From Planctomycetota bacterium (GTDB lineage Bacteria > Planctomycetota > SZUA-567 > H5-PLA8), in assembly GCA_015075375.1 (NCBI GenBank), contig JABTUM010000001.1, positions 117,201-181,200 on the forward strand: DNA of 64,000 nucleotides, written 5' to 3'. The notes below the pieces were generated by a model, which had not been told where the DNA came from, made no database searches, and saw nothing but the letters and a program-made list of their open reading frames with translations. This document shows positions 21,889 through 29,898 of this stretch, piece by piece (the first letter of the stretch is position 1; each line of letters starts with the position of its first letter). Position numbers and translations under genes: made by a program.

Positions 21889-23183
21889 GGCGTCTCCTTT
21901 TCGGTGAGGCTCAGCCAGCGCTCCTGCTGCCCGGCGTCGAGCAATTTCAACAAGGTCATCGTACTGATCGCGAAGCTCAGACCTTCGGCCACCTGCTTAT
22001 CTTCCGTCAACGTGTTGATTCCCACCAAATCGCCCTGCTTCGTGTACAAACCGCCGCCGCTGTTCCCCGAATTGATCGGCGTCTGAGTCTGATACAGTTC
22101 GACGCCGTGCGGCCCCCCCTCCATGCGGCGCAGGCCGGAGATCGATCCCTGCGTGTAACTCCAGCTCAAGCCCATCGGATTGCCCACCGCAAACACGTCT
22201 TCACCGATCCCCACCGGTTCCCGGGAAACCTTGATCTGTGCATAGCGCTCGAGTGCGATCACGGGGCAACTTAAAATCACCAAATCGACGTCGCCTTCGG
22301 CTTTCCACTGAATCTCGGCCTTGCTCGATTCGCTCGTGTAGAAAATGACTTCGATCTCGCCCGACTTCGCTTCGCCGATGACATGCCGGTTGGTCAGAAT
22401 GTACGCGGTGTGATCGACATGCTTGAGGATCACGCCGGAACCGTAGCTCTGCACCTCGGCCGAACCGCCCACCGCAACCACCACATTCGCCCGCATCGCG
22501 TTGCCGATGGGCGCCGGCATGCGCGCCAGGTGGTCTTCGGACGGCATGCTCTCGTAAAAGTCGTTATTGATTTTCACCAATTGCTGCTGGCGGCTGAGCT
22601 GTCCGTACAGCACGACAAAGTAAGCGATCACCAAGGCAACCGGCACAAGCGTCGCACCGACGGCCGTAGCCAGCCCAGAAATGCGGTTCTTGGGATTGTT
22701 GATCCGCAATAACGCCACGACGCCGACGCCGATCGCAGCGAACGCCATGAACATGCCCAGGACCAGAAGCTGCATATTGGCTTGGATCGCGCCCACCAGG
22801 CCCGCCAGACTCAAAATCGCCAGCGCCACGCCGGTCCAGGCCATGCGGCTGTGGCGTTCGGGAGGAGGCGGAAGAAAAGCCGCGGCCGCCGCGGCTCCCC
22901 CGGGCGACCGAGGGCGCGGAGGCGCCAACGGCGCGCTAAGGACTTCCTGTTCCGAGAGCACGATATCCGCCGGACGAGCGGGGTTATCCATGCGCACCGC
23001 TTGGTCGCAATGGTACGACGAACAACCGCGCTTATGCGCCCAGCACGTCTCGTGATGAATGCTTCCGCAGGACGGGCAGGAAATGATCAACTGGCCGGCC
23101 GTAACCGTTTCCTGGCAAAATGGACACGTATTGCCCGCATGAAACAGGCTGGCCAAAACCGGATCGGGCGTGCTTGTGGCCAT
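21885..23183 (-). CDS. membrane-anchored trypsin-like (S1/DegP-type) serine protease with N-terminal C4HC3 RING/PHD-like zinc finger
   Basis: The N-terminal CPFC-x12-CPSC-x4-H-x2-C-x6-C-x4-C finger is followed by TM helices. The protease domain has His (TNRHVIG), Asp (DVDLVIL) and Ser (GNSGGGL). The start is trimmed to MATSTPD, which overlaps the previous stop by 1 nt. Confidence 0.8.
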   Translation of the reverse strand: MATSTPDPVLASLFHAGNTCPFCQETVTAGQLIISCPSCGSIHHETCWAHKRGCSSYHCDQAVRMDNPARPADIVLSEQEVLSAPLAPPRPRSPGGAAAAAAFLPPPPERHSRMAWTGVALAILSLAGLVGAIQANMQLLVLGMFMAFAAIGVGVVALLRINNPKNRISGLATAVGATLVPVALVIAYFVVLYGQLSRQQQLVKINNDFYESMPSEDHLARMPAPIGNAMRANVVVAVGGSAEVQSYGSGVILKHVDHTAYILTNRHVIGEAKSGEIEVIFYTSESSKAEIQWKAEGDVDLVILSCPVIALERYAQIKVSREPVGIGEDVFAVGNPMGLSWSYTQGSISGLRRMEGGPHGVELYQTQTPINSGNSGGGLYTKQGDLVGINTLTEDKQVAEGLSFAISTMTLLKLLDAGQQERWLSLTEKETP

Positions 23184-23809
23184 CAATCGAATACCGCCAA
23201 CAGGATCATGATCACGATCAGCAGGCTTGCGATGCCCACCCCGCACCACAACAACGCTCTAAGCGTAGTGGGCAAGCGCCGATAGTCGACTCCCATCAAG
23301 CTCCCGCTTTGGATCAGGATCAGGCACAATACCAACCCCAAGGGCGCCAAACAGGCCGCGGCACAAAGCAGGAAAAGCATCACGGATTTGTTGCGCGCCG
23401 CCGCGTACTCGGTGCCCTCGTACGAACGGCTGCGGTACTCGTCCTTCGATATCAGATCCCGCGAGGCGAATACGGCGCCGCAGAATCGGCACTTCAGCGC
23501 TTCGGAGCGAATCTTCCGTGCGCACGATGGACACGGCTTCTCGTCTCCCCAGGCATTGGAAACCGGTTGGTCCTGATGGGAGGGTTTGATCGTTGGCGGA
23601 GCGGACTTGCACCCGTAGGCCGAACAACCGCGATTCTCGGACCAGCAATCGGCGTGGAATACAAGCGAGCAGGACGGGCAATTCAAGACCTGCTCGCCGC
23701 CCAGAATGGACGACTGGCAGATCGAACATTGCTTACCTGCCACCTCCGCGTCAGCCGAATAGACCGGCGGCTGCGGAAAGGCGGAAGCGGCGTGCGGCGA
23801 TGCAGCCAT
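23183..23809 (-). CDS. membrane protein with C4HC3 RING/PHD-like zinc finger plus zinc ribbon (candidate E3-like)
   Basis: The finger is CSIC-x12-CPSC-x4-H-x2-CW-x5-C-x4-C. A zinc ribbon CPSC..(12)..CRFCG follows, then about 3 TM helices at the C-terminus. Confidence 0.7.
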   Translation of the reverse strand: MAASPHAASAFPQPPVYSADAEVAGKQCSICQSSILGGEQVLNCPSCSLVFHADCWSENRGCSAYGCKSAPPTIKPSHQDQPVSNAWGDEKPCPSCARKIRSEALKCRFCGAVFASRDLISKDEYRSRSYEGTEYAAARNKSVMLFLLCAAACLAPLGLVLCLILIQSGSLMGVDYRRLPTTLRALLWCGVGIASLLIVIMILLAVFD

Positions 23810-23819
23810 GCCCTGAATC

Positions 23820-24512
23820 CTACCTTTCGTTCAACAATGCCACGCGAATCAGGATATGAACCAGCGTGACGGCCACCGTAAGCAATACGAGTTTCACGCC
23901 TTTCTTTTTGCCTTGAATCATCCAGACAATTCCGCAAATGCAGGCGATCCAACCGCACAGGATTCCGAAAAGAATTTCCGAGCCGCTCAGCTTTTCGTCT
24001 TCGGCCGCCTGGCGCTTCATCCGGTCCTGCCGAAAGCGCGCGGCCTTGTCGAGCAACTCGCCGCAATAGCGGCACTTGCGCGCTTCTTTCAGCACGCTTT
24101 CGCCGCAGTAGGGGCACGGCTTCATGGCCGCGGTATTCGTGCCCCCGGGTGCGCCCTGCGGAACATTGGCCGCGGGGGCGGCGGCCATCTGCAGCGCACT
24201 GGGACAGTCGGCATTCCGGCACGCGCCGTGCGCTTCGTGGCAGGCTTGGTGCATGGTTCCTTGGCACTGCGGGCAGTTCCAGACATCCTGACCCAACTCG
24301 ATCCCCACGCTGCAACCTGGACAGATGCGGCCGGCGAGGACTTTGTTGGCTTTCATGCGTTCGGGAAAGGAGGGCAGGCCGGCATCCTGCGCGGCCGCAA
24401 ACCCCACGCCGAGATTCTCCATACCGCAATTAGGGCACTTCTTCTTCGGCCCTAAAGGTCTGGCCTCCTGTCCGCACTGAGGACACGTAAAGAAACCCGG
24501 TTGCGGCATCAA
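23820..24512 (-). CDS. membrane protein with two zinc ribbons and a C4HC3 RING/PHD-like zinc finger (candidate E3-like), paralogue of 23183..23809
   Basis: The order is CPQCG..CPNCG, then CPGC-x12-CPQC-x4-H-x2-C-x6-C-x4-C, then CPYCG..CRYCG, then a TM helix. Confidence 0.7.
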   Translation of the reverse strand: MMPQPGFFTCPQCGQEARPLGPKKKCPNCGMENLGVGFAAAQDAGLPSFPERMKANKVLAGRICPGCSVGIELGQDVWNCPQCQGTMHQACHEAHGACRNADCPSALQMAAAPAANVPQGAPGGTNTAAMKPCPYCGESVLKEARKCRYCGELLDKAARFRQDRMKRQAAEDEKLSGSEILFGILCGWIACICGIVWMIQGKKKGVKLVLLTVAVTLVHILIRVALLNER

Positions 24513-24552
24513 TAGATTCTCCTGAATCGTTCCATTAGGGCACCCGTCGCTC

Positions 24553-25653
24553 TCAGGCGCCTTGGCCCTTTTCGTGATAGCGCAATACGGTCTCCCCGAT
24601 GGATACCGTATCCCCGGGTTGGAGCAGGTACTTCTCGACCTTCTTCCCGTTCACGAACACGCCCTTCTCACTGCGTTCGTCCTCTATCATGTACCGCCGG
24701 CCGGTTCGCTTCACCGAGGCATGCAGCGGCGCCACATCGGGATCCTTAAAGAGGTAGATGTCGGACTTCGGCGCCGAGCCGATTCGCATCGACTGCTTGA
24801 AGAGCACAAAATGTTTCCCGGCCAGCGGCCCCTTGAGCATCTGGAACCAGGCTTCCTTGGAAATGTTCTCGAAGATGCCGATGAACAAGCCCACGAACAA
24901 ACCCACCGCCAGCACGCCCACGCAACGGCTCATCGACGCATCGCCGGACGCGAAGTCGATCCAGCGGCTGATCGGATCGAAGAAGAGTCCGCCCAACAAT
25001 CCACCGATCAACCCGCCGACGAATCCGTTTAGGGTCAGTTGTTTGGACTTCAGCGCGATGCCCAGACCCAAGCCCGCCCCCATGGAAATGATGGCCCATG
25101 CCAGACCGCGGCCGCACATGAAGATGAAGAAGTTAATGCCCTTGATCGGAAACTCGTCCGGCTTGAATCCGCCGGGCGGAACCTGGATGTTGCTGGTGGC
25201 CACGTTGGAGGTGATGCTGAAGACGATGTCCGCCACGACGGTGGTCAGGACCGTCACCCCCAAGCCAACCCCCAATCCAACGGCGCCGCAATAGGCCGCC
25301 TGCCGGACGTTGCGATTGGCGATGCCATACATGACCCCGATCGCCAGTCCCAGTACCCCGGCTACGGGGCCGAACAGGATGTAGTCGGATACGAAGGGAA
25401 TCGCGATCTGGTCGGTCTCGTCGTTAAAGTATGGCTCGAAGGCTGCCCAGACCGCCAATGCGCCCACGCTGCCCGCCACCGCGTAGTAAAAGATGGGATT
25501 GAAATAAAGCGGCGTCTTGATTTCTGCGATAGGTTCGTCGGACTGCGGCTGCAGCGAACGCTGCAGATTGATCATGTCGTCGATGCCCGGATCTTTCAGT
25601 TCGTCGTCGGTAATAATGATATCGGCCATCGGCCACCTTCCTTCTTGTACCAT
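24553..25653 (-). CDS. polytopic membrane protein with C-terminal FHA (phosphothreonine-binding) domain
   Basis: Multiple Gly-rich TM helices are followed by the FHA motif GSAPKSDIYLFKDPDVAPLHASV..DERSEKGVFVNGKKV..GDTVSIG. Confidence 0.7.
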   Translation of the reverse strand: MVQEGRWPMADIIITDDELKDPGIDDMINLQRSLQPQSDEPIAEIKTPLYFNPIFYYAVAGSVGALAVWAAFEPYFNDETDQIAIPFVSDYILFGPVAGVLGLAIGVMYGIANRNVRQAAYCGAVGLGVGLGVTVLTTVVADIVFSITSNVATSNIQVPPGGFKPDEFPIKGINFFIFMCGRGLAWAIISMGAGLGLGIALKSKQLTLNGFVGGLIGGLLGGLFFDPISRWIDFASGDASMSRCVGVLAVGLFVGLFIGIFENISKEAWFQMLKGPLAGKHFVLFKQSMRIGSAPKSDIYLFKDPDVAPLHASVKRTGRRYMIEDERSEKGVFVNGKKVEKYLLQPGDTVSIGETVLRYHEKGQGA

Positions 25654-25684
25654 CCCGGGATCCCGGCGCGTCCCGATTCGTCCA

Positions 25685-26992
25685 CTACGGAGACTTGGTT
25701 TCCGCTTCGGTCTTCGTCTTCTCGTCCGCGCTTTCCTTGCGCTCGGGGAAAAGCGCCTGGATCAAACCCGGATGCATGCGCGCCAGCGTCTCTTTGCATT
25801 CCGGATACAACCGCACTGCGGTCTCCACCAGTTGCTTCAAATGGCCCAGTTCGGCGGGCGAAAGCGATTCGAGATCGATGGGCCTTCCGCCCACGAGCAG
25901 CAACTCGCTCAAGCGCATGACGAAGAGCATGCCGACGTACGTCTCCAGGCGATCCTGCCGGTCGGCATTTTCGCGCACGCGTCCCGACAGCGTCTGCTTC
26001 ATGCTCATCGCTTCGGACATATCTTTTCGAAACGTCTTTCGAGGTTTGTCGTACGCCAACTTCAGCGTCGCCAACTGCGTGGAGAGATCCTTGATACCTT
26101 GCTCGGCCGCCGCGGGATCTTTCTTCGCCAACGCCTGCTCGACGGATTCCACCTTGTCGCCCAATGCGGCGAAATCCTTCGAGGCCATCGCGTTCATGCC
26201 CGCGAATTCAAGCACCGAGTAAATCTCGGACTCCAAGCCCTCCAGCGCCGTGGCGCGCAGGCTGTGCATCATCAAGTTCTGCCCGAGCAGGAATCCGCAC
26301 AGAAAGAAAACCACGAGAAAGAAGAGGTGGGACAGCCCCATCGGAACGCGCGGTTCTTCGGCCGGCCGCGAGGCCGCCGCGTCGGGCGAGCGGCGTTCCT
26401 CGGCCGCGCTCCCGCCCGAAGCCTCGTGCATCGAGAACGGCTCCGCCGCGCCCGTCACCAACTTCACTTCGTCGCTCCCCACCCAGTACCGCGCCAGCGG
26501 CAGGCAGTTCCCGCGGACCCAGGCGAAGCAGCCCTCTTCTTTGCGCTTCGTCTCGATCACCACCGCCACATGGAAGGGCGCATTGAAGTAATTTTCCTGG
26601 ATGAACATATCCATCTTGGAAAGAAAGACGCCGAAACCTGGGTGCGTGTGATACCAGCCGACGATCTTGCGGTCCGAATATTGCTTATCGAAAATGCCGT
26701 AAATATGTTGCCACGCCTGATGCGTAAGGGTCACCTGAGCGCCGTAGTTCTTGGTGTCTTCGCCTTCGATCACGGCGGTCACGTACAGGAATGGGCCTTG
26801 CGCATCGCGCTTCACGTCGCCCACCAGCACGCCCATGATCTCTACTTCGTCCGTCGTCGCCGCGTGCGCCTTCATGCGACGATAGGCTTCGGGCGAAAAG
26901 CAGACGCGATACTCGGTCTCGATTTTGGCCGGAAAGGCTCCTTCGGGAGCATCTTTCTTCTCGACCTGCCGATAGTCCAACGTGCCGGCCAT
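25685..26992 (-). CDS. JAB/MPN (JAMM) metalloprotease fused to a TM helix and long coiled-coil C-terminal region (candidate deubiquitinase/Ubl-processing peptidase)
   Basis: The conserved Glu (EVEIMGVLVGD) and the JAMM motif HTHPGFGVFLSKMD (H-x-H-x7-S-x2-D) are both present. The start is trimmed to MAGTLDYRQ, which overlaps the E1 3' end by about 20 nt. Confidence 0.8.
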   Translation of the reverse strand: MAGTLDYRQVEKKDAPEGAFPAKIETEYRVCFSPEAYRRMKAHAATTDEVEIMGVLVGDVKRDAQGPFLYVTAVIEGEDTKNYGAQVTLTHQAWQHIYGIFDKQYSDRKIVGWYHTHPGFGVFLSKMDMFIQENYFNAPFHVAVVIETKRKEEGCFAWVRGNCLPLARYWVGSDEVKLVTGAAEPFSMHEASGGSAAEERRSPDAAASRPAEEPRVPMGLSHLFFLVVFFLCGFLLGQNLMMHSLRATALEGLESEIYSVLEFAGMNAMASKDFAALGDKVESVEQALAKKDPAAAEQGIKDLSTQLATLKLAYDKPRKTFRKDMSEAMSMKQTLSGRVRENADRQDRLETYVGMLFVMRLSELLLVGGRPIDLESLSPAELGHLKQLVETAVRLYPECKETLARMHPGLIQALFPERKESADEKTKTEAETKSP

Positions 26993-27009
26993 ACCGCTGT
27001 TCCTTGCCG

Positions 27010-28182
27010 TTAGTTCGCCAAATCGCCCAAGACTTCGCCCGCATCCCCATCGAATAAGTACGAAATCGTGCGCTCCCCGTTGCGCGCGGTGACCACGTCG
27101 TACGGCGGAACGCCCCACGCGGCCATGCTCATGTCTTCATGCCCCGGCTCGAGGCCCAAGGTCGACGTGGTCTCCGGCGCGCGCATCTGGCCGCACTTGG
27201 GGCAACGCCCTTCCGCTTCGGTCACCTTACCCAACGAGCGAAAACACGCCTCCGTCTCGCCGCAAGCCGCGCAGCTAAGCCCGGTGACAAGATCGCGCGC
27301 AAGCTGCAGCACCGTCTCCGGCCCCAGCGCGCTGCGGGCGCGTTCGAGCAGCGCGCCGAGGGTCACCTCCGCCACGCCCCCGCCCAACGGTTCCAGTTCG
27401 GCAAAGCGCTCGTGCGCAAAGCACTCGGGCTTGCGCGTATACGTCACCAGGTAGGACTCGCCCGCCAGACCGTTGAACACGAAACCGCGACCGGCGATCG
27501 TCTCCAGTCCGTGGAGCAGCTTGACGGCCTCCTGCATCTGGAAGCCCGCGATGATGCTGGCCGTCGTCGGCGTGGTCGGTACTTTTCCTTCCTGAAGTTG
27601 TTCGCGCGTCAGCAGAGCGCACGAACGGCGGCTCTCGAGCATCTTCCAGTCGGTCTCGTTCATCGTGCACTCGTAGCACGGCCCATCCGGTGCAAAGACG
27701 CGCGCGACACCGTTCAGCACCTCGATCGCTCCGTCGATCCAGGTCTTGCCGGCAAAGAGGCTGGAACCGTTGATCGCGACTCGTGCTTCGCGGTTGTCGA
27801 GCCCGCCCAGGATCACATCGGCCCAAAAATAGACGCCCAGGCCCAGATCGTGGACCACGTTGCCTACGAACGGCTTCGCTTTGATGAGCGGATACAGTTC
27901 GCGCGCTGCGCGGCAGGCCACCTCGGCCTTGGGCTGCCCGCGGTCTGATTCTCTAAAGAGCGGCGAGCGCGTGAGATTGGAAAGCTCGATCCGGTCCATA
28001 TCCGCGACGAGGACGCGGCCGATGCCGAACAGCGCACAGTTCTTGACAAGCTCGTTGCCCAGCGCACCGGCGCCAATCACCAGCACCTTTGCGCGGCTCA
28101 GGCGCTCCTGCTCCCACCATGAAATGAGTTCGAAACGGCTGAAGCGGCTGTCGGCCGAGTCGTCCAGATTGACTTTGATCAA
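27010..28182 (-). CDS. E1-like ubiquitin-activating enzyme (ThiF/MoeB/HesA superfamily) with C-terminal zinc-ribbon extension
   Basis: The Rossmann/adenylation motif is RFSRFELISWWEQERLSRAKVLVIGAGALGNELVKNCALFGIGRVLVADMDRIELSNLTRSPLF. CxxC pairs (GPCYEC, CAACGE..CPKCG) are present. The gene apparently starts at a TTG. Confidence 0.8.
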   Translation of the reverse strand: MIKVNLDDSADSRFSRFELISWWEQERLSRAKVLVIGAGALGNELVKNCALFGIGRVLVADMDRIELSNLTRSPLFRESDRGQPKAEVACRAARELYPLIKAKPFVGNVVHDLGLGVYFWADVILGGLDNREARVAINGSSLFAGKTWIDGAIEVLNGVARVFAPDGPCYECTMNETDWKMLESRRSCALLTREQLQEGKVPTTPTTASIIAGFQMQEAVKLLHGLETIAGRGFVFNGLAGESYLVTYTRKPECFAHERFAELEPLGGGVAEVTLGALLERARSALGPETVLQLARDLVTGLSCAACGETEACFRSLGKVTEAEGRCPKCGQMRAPETTSTLGLEPGHEDMSMAAWGVPPYDVVTARNGERTISYLFDGDAGEVLGDLAN

Positions 28183-28206
28183 GCCGCCAGCCTCCCAAGG
28201 CCGCGC

Positions 28207-28497
28207 CTAGACGCGCGCGCCGCCCGCCGTAATCTCCGGCTGCAGACGCAACACATCTCCTTCACGGATGCCGGCCTGGGTCAGCGTCTCCTCATCGAGC
28301 AACTGCCGCCCGCTGGCTTTATGGTGAAACTTGTAACTCATCAACTGTCCGTCCGGACTGTGGCGCGGAAGGTTCATACGATCCACCAGCAGCACGATGA
28401 TGCGATTGACCGACGCTTGGCCCGGCAGGCTGACCACGGCCTTCTTGTTGCCGGTCGCGTCCCAGACTTCCACACTGATGTTGCCTGCATCGCTCAC
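28207..28497 (-). CDS. ubiquitin-like beta-grasp protein ending in GG followed by a 3-residue tail (precursor-like)
   Basis: The 96-aa protein ends ..DVLRLQPEITAGG-ARV-stop. Its length and hydrophobic periodicity (ISVEVWDATGNKKAVVSL..) fit a beta-grasp fold. It lies immediately upstream of the E1. Its start ATG overlaps the stop of the previous gene (ATGA). Confidence 0.65.
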   Translation of the reverse strand: MSDAGNISVEVWDATGNKKAVVSLPGQASVNRIIVLLVDRMNLPRHSPDGQLMSYKFHHKASGRQLLDEETLTQAGIREGDVLRLQPEITAGGARV

Positions 28498-29537
28498 GAA
28501 CCGACCTCCCGGCGCCTGGCCAGCGCCTTGTCCAGATCGCCTTCGATGGAACCGTCGAGCAGGTACCAGCGCCCTTCGTGGCGTATGAACGCCTTGCGTA
28601 CGACCACATCTTCCTTCTGCTGGAAAATCAGGATCAGGATTACCGCGATCCAGAGGCTCAGCAGGATGCTAAGCATCAGGAGGCTGTTGTAGGTGGTCAA
28701 TTTGAGGTTCGCCTCGACCACCGCCACCCCGTCGGTTTCCGGAAGAATGACGCGCACCTTATTGAGCTGGTAGTAGCGCACCCAATTGTTCTTACCCTGG
28801 AAGATCTCTTTCCAATAGGCGGCATACGATTTCACGTCCGAAAACGGTCTTCGCTGTGGGTGATTGGGAATCTTCGGATTCTTGAAGGCAATCGACGGCG
28901 GATGCTCCGCTTGTCGCGCCGGCGGAATCAACGCGGCGAACGCCTTTCCGGTACGACCCGTCTTTACCGCCATGAAGAAGCGCTTGTACGCCTGTATCGG
29001 GCCTTCGGACTCCTGCAGGTGCATCGCATTGCGGTCGTTGAAAAACGAAACGAGCGTCGGGATGCCGAAACAGAGTCCCAATATGATCCCAAATGCCAGC
29101 GCAGGCTCGCCGTTACGCGACATCGCTCCGAATGCCAGCAGCGCCAGGCTCGCAAGAGTCAGTACGCCCAGCGCGATGGTCTTGCCCGACCACATGCCGC
29201 CACGCAACACGTCGTCCTGAGCCGGAGAATGCCGAGCCAACTCGCCACGAATCAGATCCAGCGCCTTCGCCAGTTCCTCGTTCGACATGGCCGTCGAAGC
29301 CAGGGACTCGCCGCAATGAGGGCACCTGCGGGCGCCGGCGGGAATGGGCTCCGCGCAGGCAGGGCAGGAAATCGTGCCGGCGTTGGGCGGAGCGGTCGGT
29401 GCATGAATCGGCGGTACGACAGGAGCTTCCGTCGCCAGAATCTGCGCGCCGCAGACTTGGCAGGTAACCGGCAGCCCTGCCAGCTCATCCTTGACGCGAA
29501 ACGTTTTCCCGCACGTACATTGGACCGAAATAGGCAT
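28494..29537 (-). CDS. membrane protein with N-terminal tandem zinc ribbons (first gene of the Ubl operon)
   Basis: The N-terminus has CTCG..CQVCG and CPAC..CPHCG ribbons. The second resembles ribbons in the two RING-like membrane proteins. Two TM helices follow. The start is trimmed to the ATG at 29537 (MPISVQ). Confidence 0.55.
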   Translation of the reverse strand: MPISVQCTCGKTFRVKDELAGLPVTCQVCGAQILATEAPVVPPIHAPTAPPNAGTISCPACAEPIPAGARRCPHCGESLASTAMSNEELAKALDLIRGELARHSPAQDDVLRGGMWSGKTIALGVLTLASLALLAFGAMSRNGEPALAFGIILGLCFGIPTLVSFFNDRNAMHLQESEGPIQAYKRFFMAVKTGRTGKAFAALIPPARQAEHPPSIAFKNPKIPNHPQRRPFSDVKSYAAYWKEIFQGKNNWVRYYQLNKVRVILPETDGVAVVEANLKLTTYNSLLMLSILLSLWIAVILILIFQQKEDVVVRKAFIRHEGRWYLLDGSIEGDLDKALARRREVGS

Positions 29538-29898
29538 TCGCCGCCGTCCTGTATGGAATCCGTTCAAGCACTATAAAATTTGTGTGCGGCCATGCTATAG
29601 GACGTATAGGTAGTAGCAAGAGCATCCGACTTCACATGTAAGCAAAGCACCGTTTGCATCCAGCCTCGACTGCACACGTGAAGGCTTGCCGCAGCTTGAA
29701 GAAGTAGGTCCCGAATCAAGCCGTCGGCACAGCTCGCAAAATTATTATGGGATTGTCTCGCCCGCCGCGACAAGTATCTGCCTTTCGAACCGATTCGCGC
29801 ACGCAAGGCCCGCAGACGGTCATTTTCGCGCGTGAGCCCTTTCCTGTTTTTCAGGATGTGATAGGTTTCCGGAATCAAAAATTAAAAGGAGTTCCCTT

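Noticed and set aside
25517-27013. 498-aa plus-strand ORF across the JAB and E1 genes
   Set aside because: It is antisense to two genes that each carry diagnostic catalytic motifs. It is Arg-rich.
28182-28209. Programmed stop-codon readthrough fusing the Ubl to E1
   Set aside because: Only the in-frame arrangement is observed. There is no recoding signal. A TTG-initiated separate E1 is the simpler explanation. It is kept as a low-confidence note in the findings.
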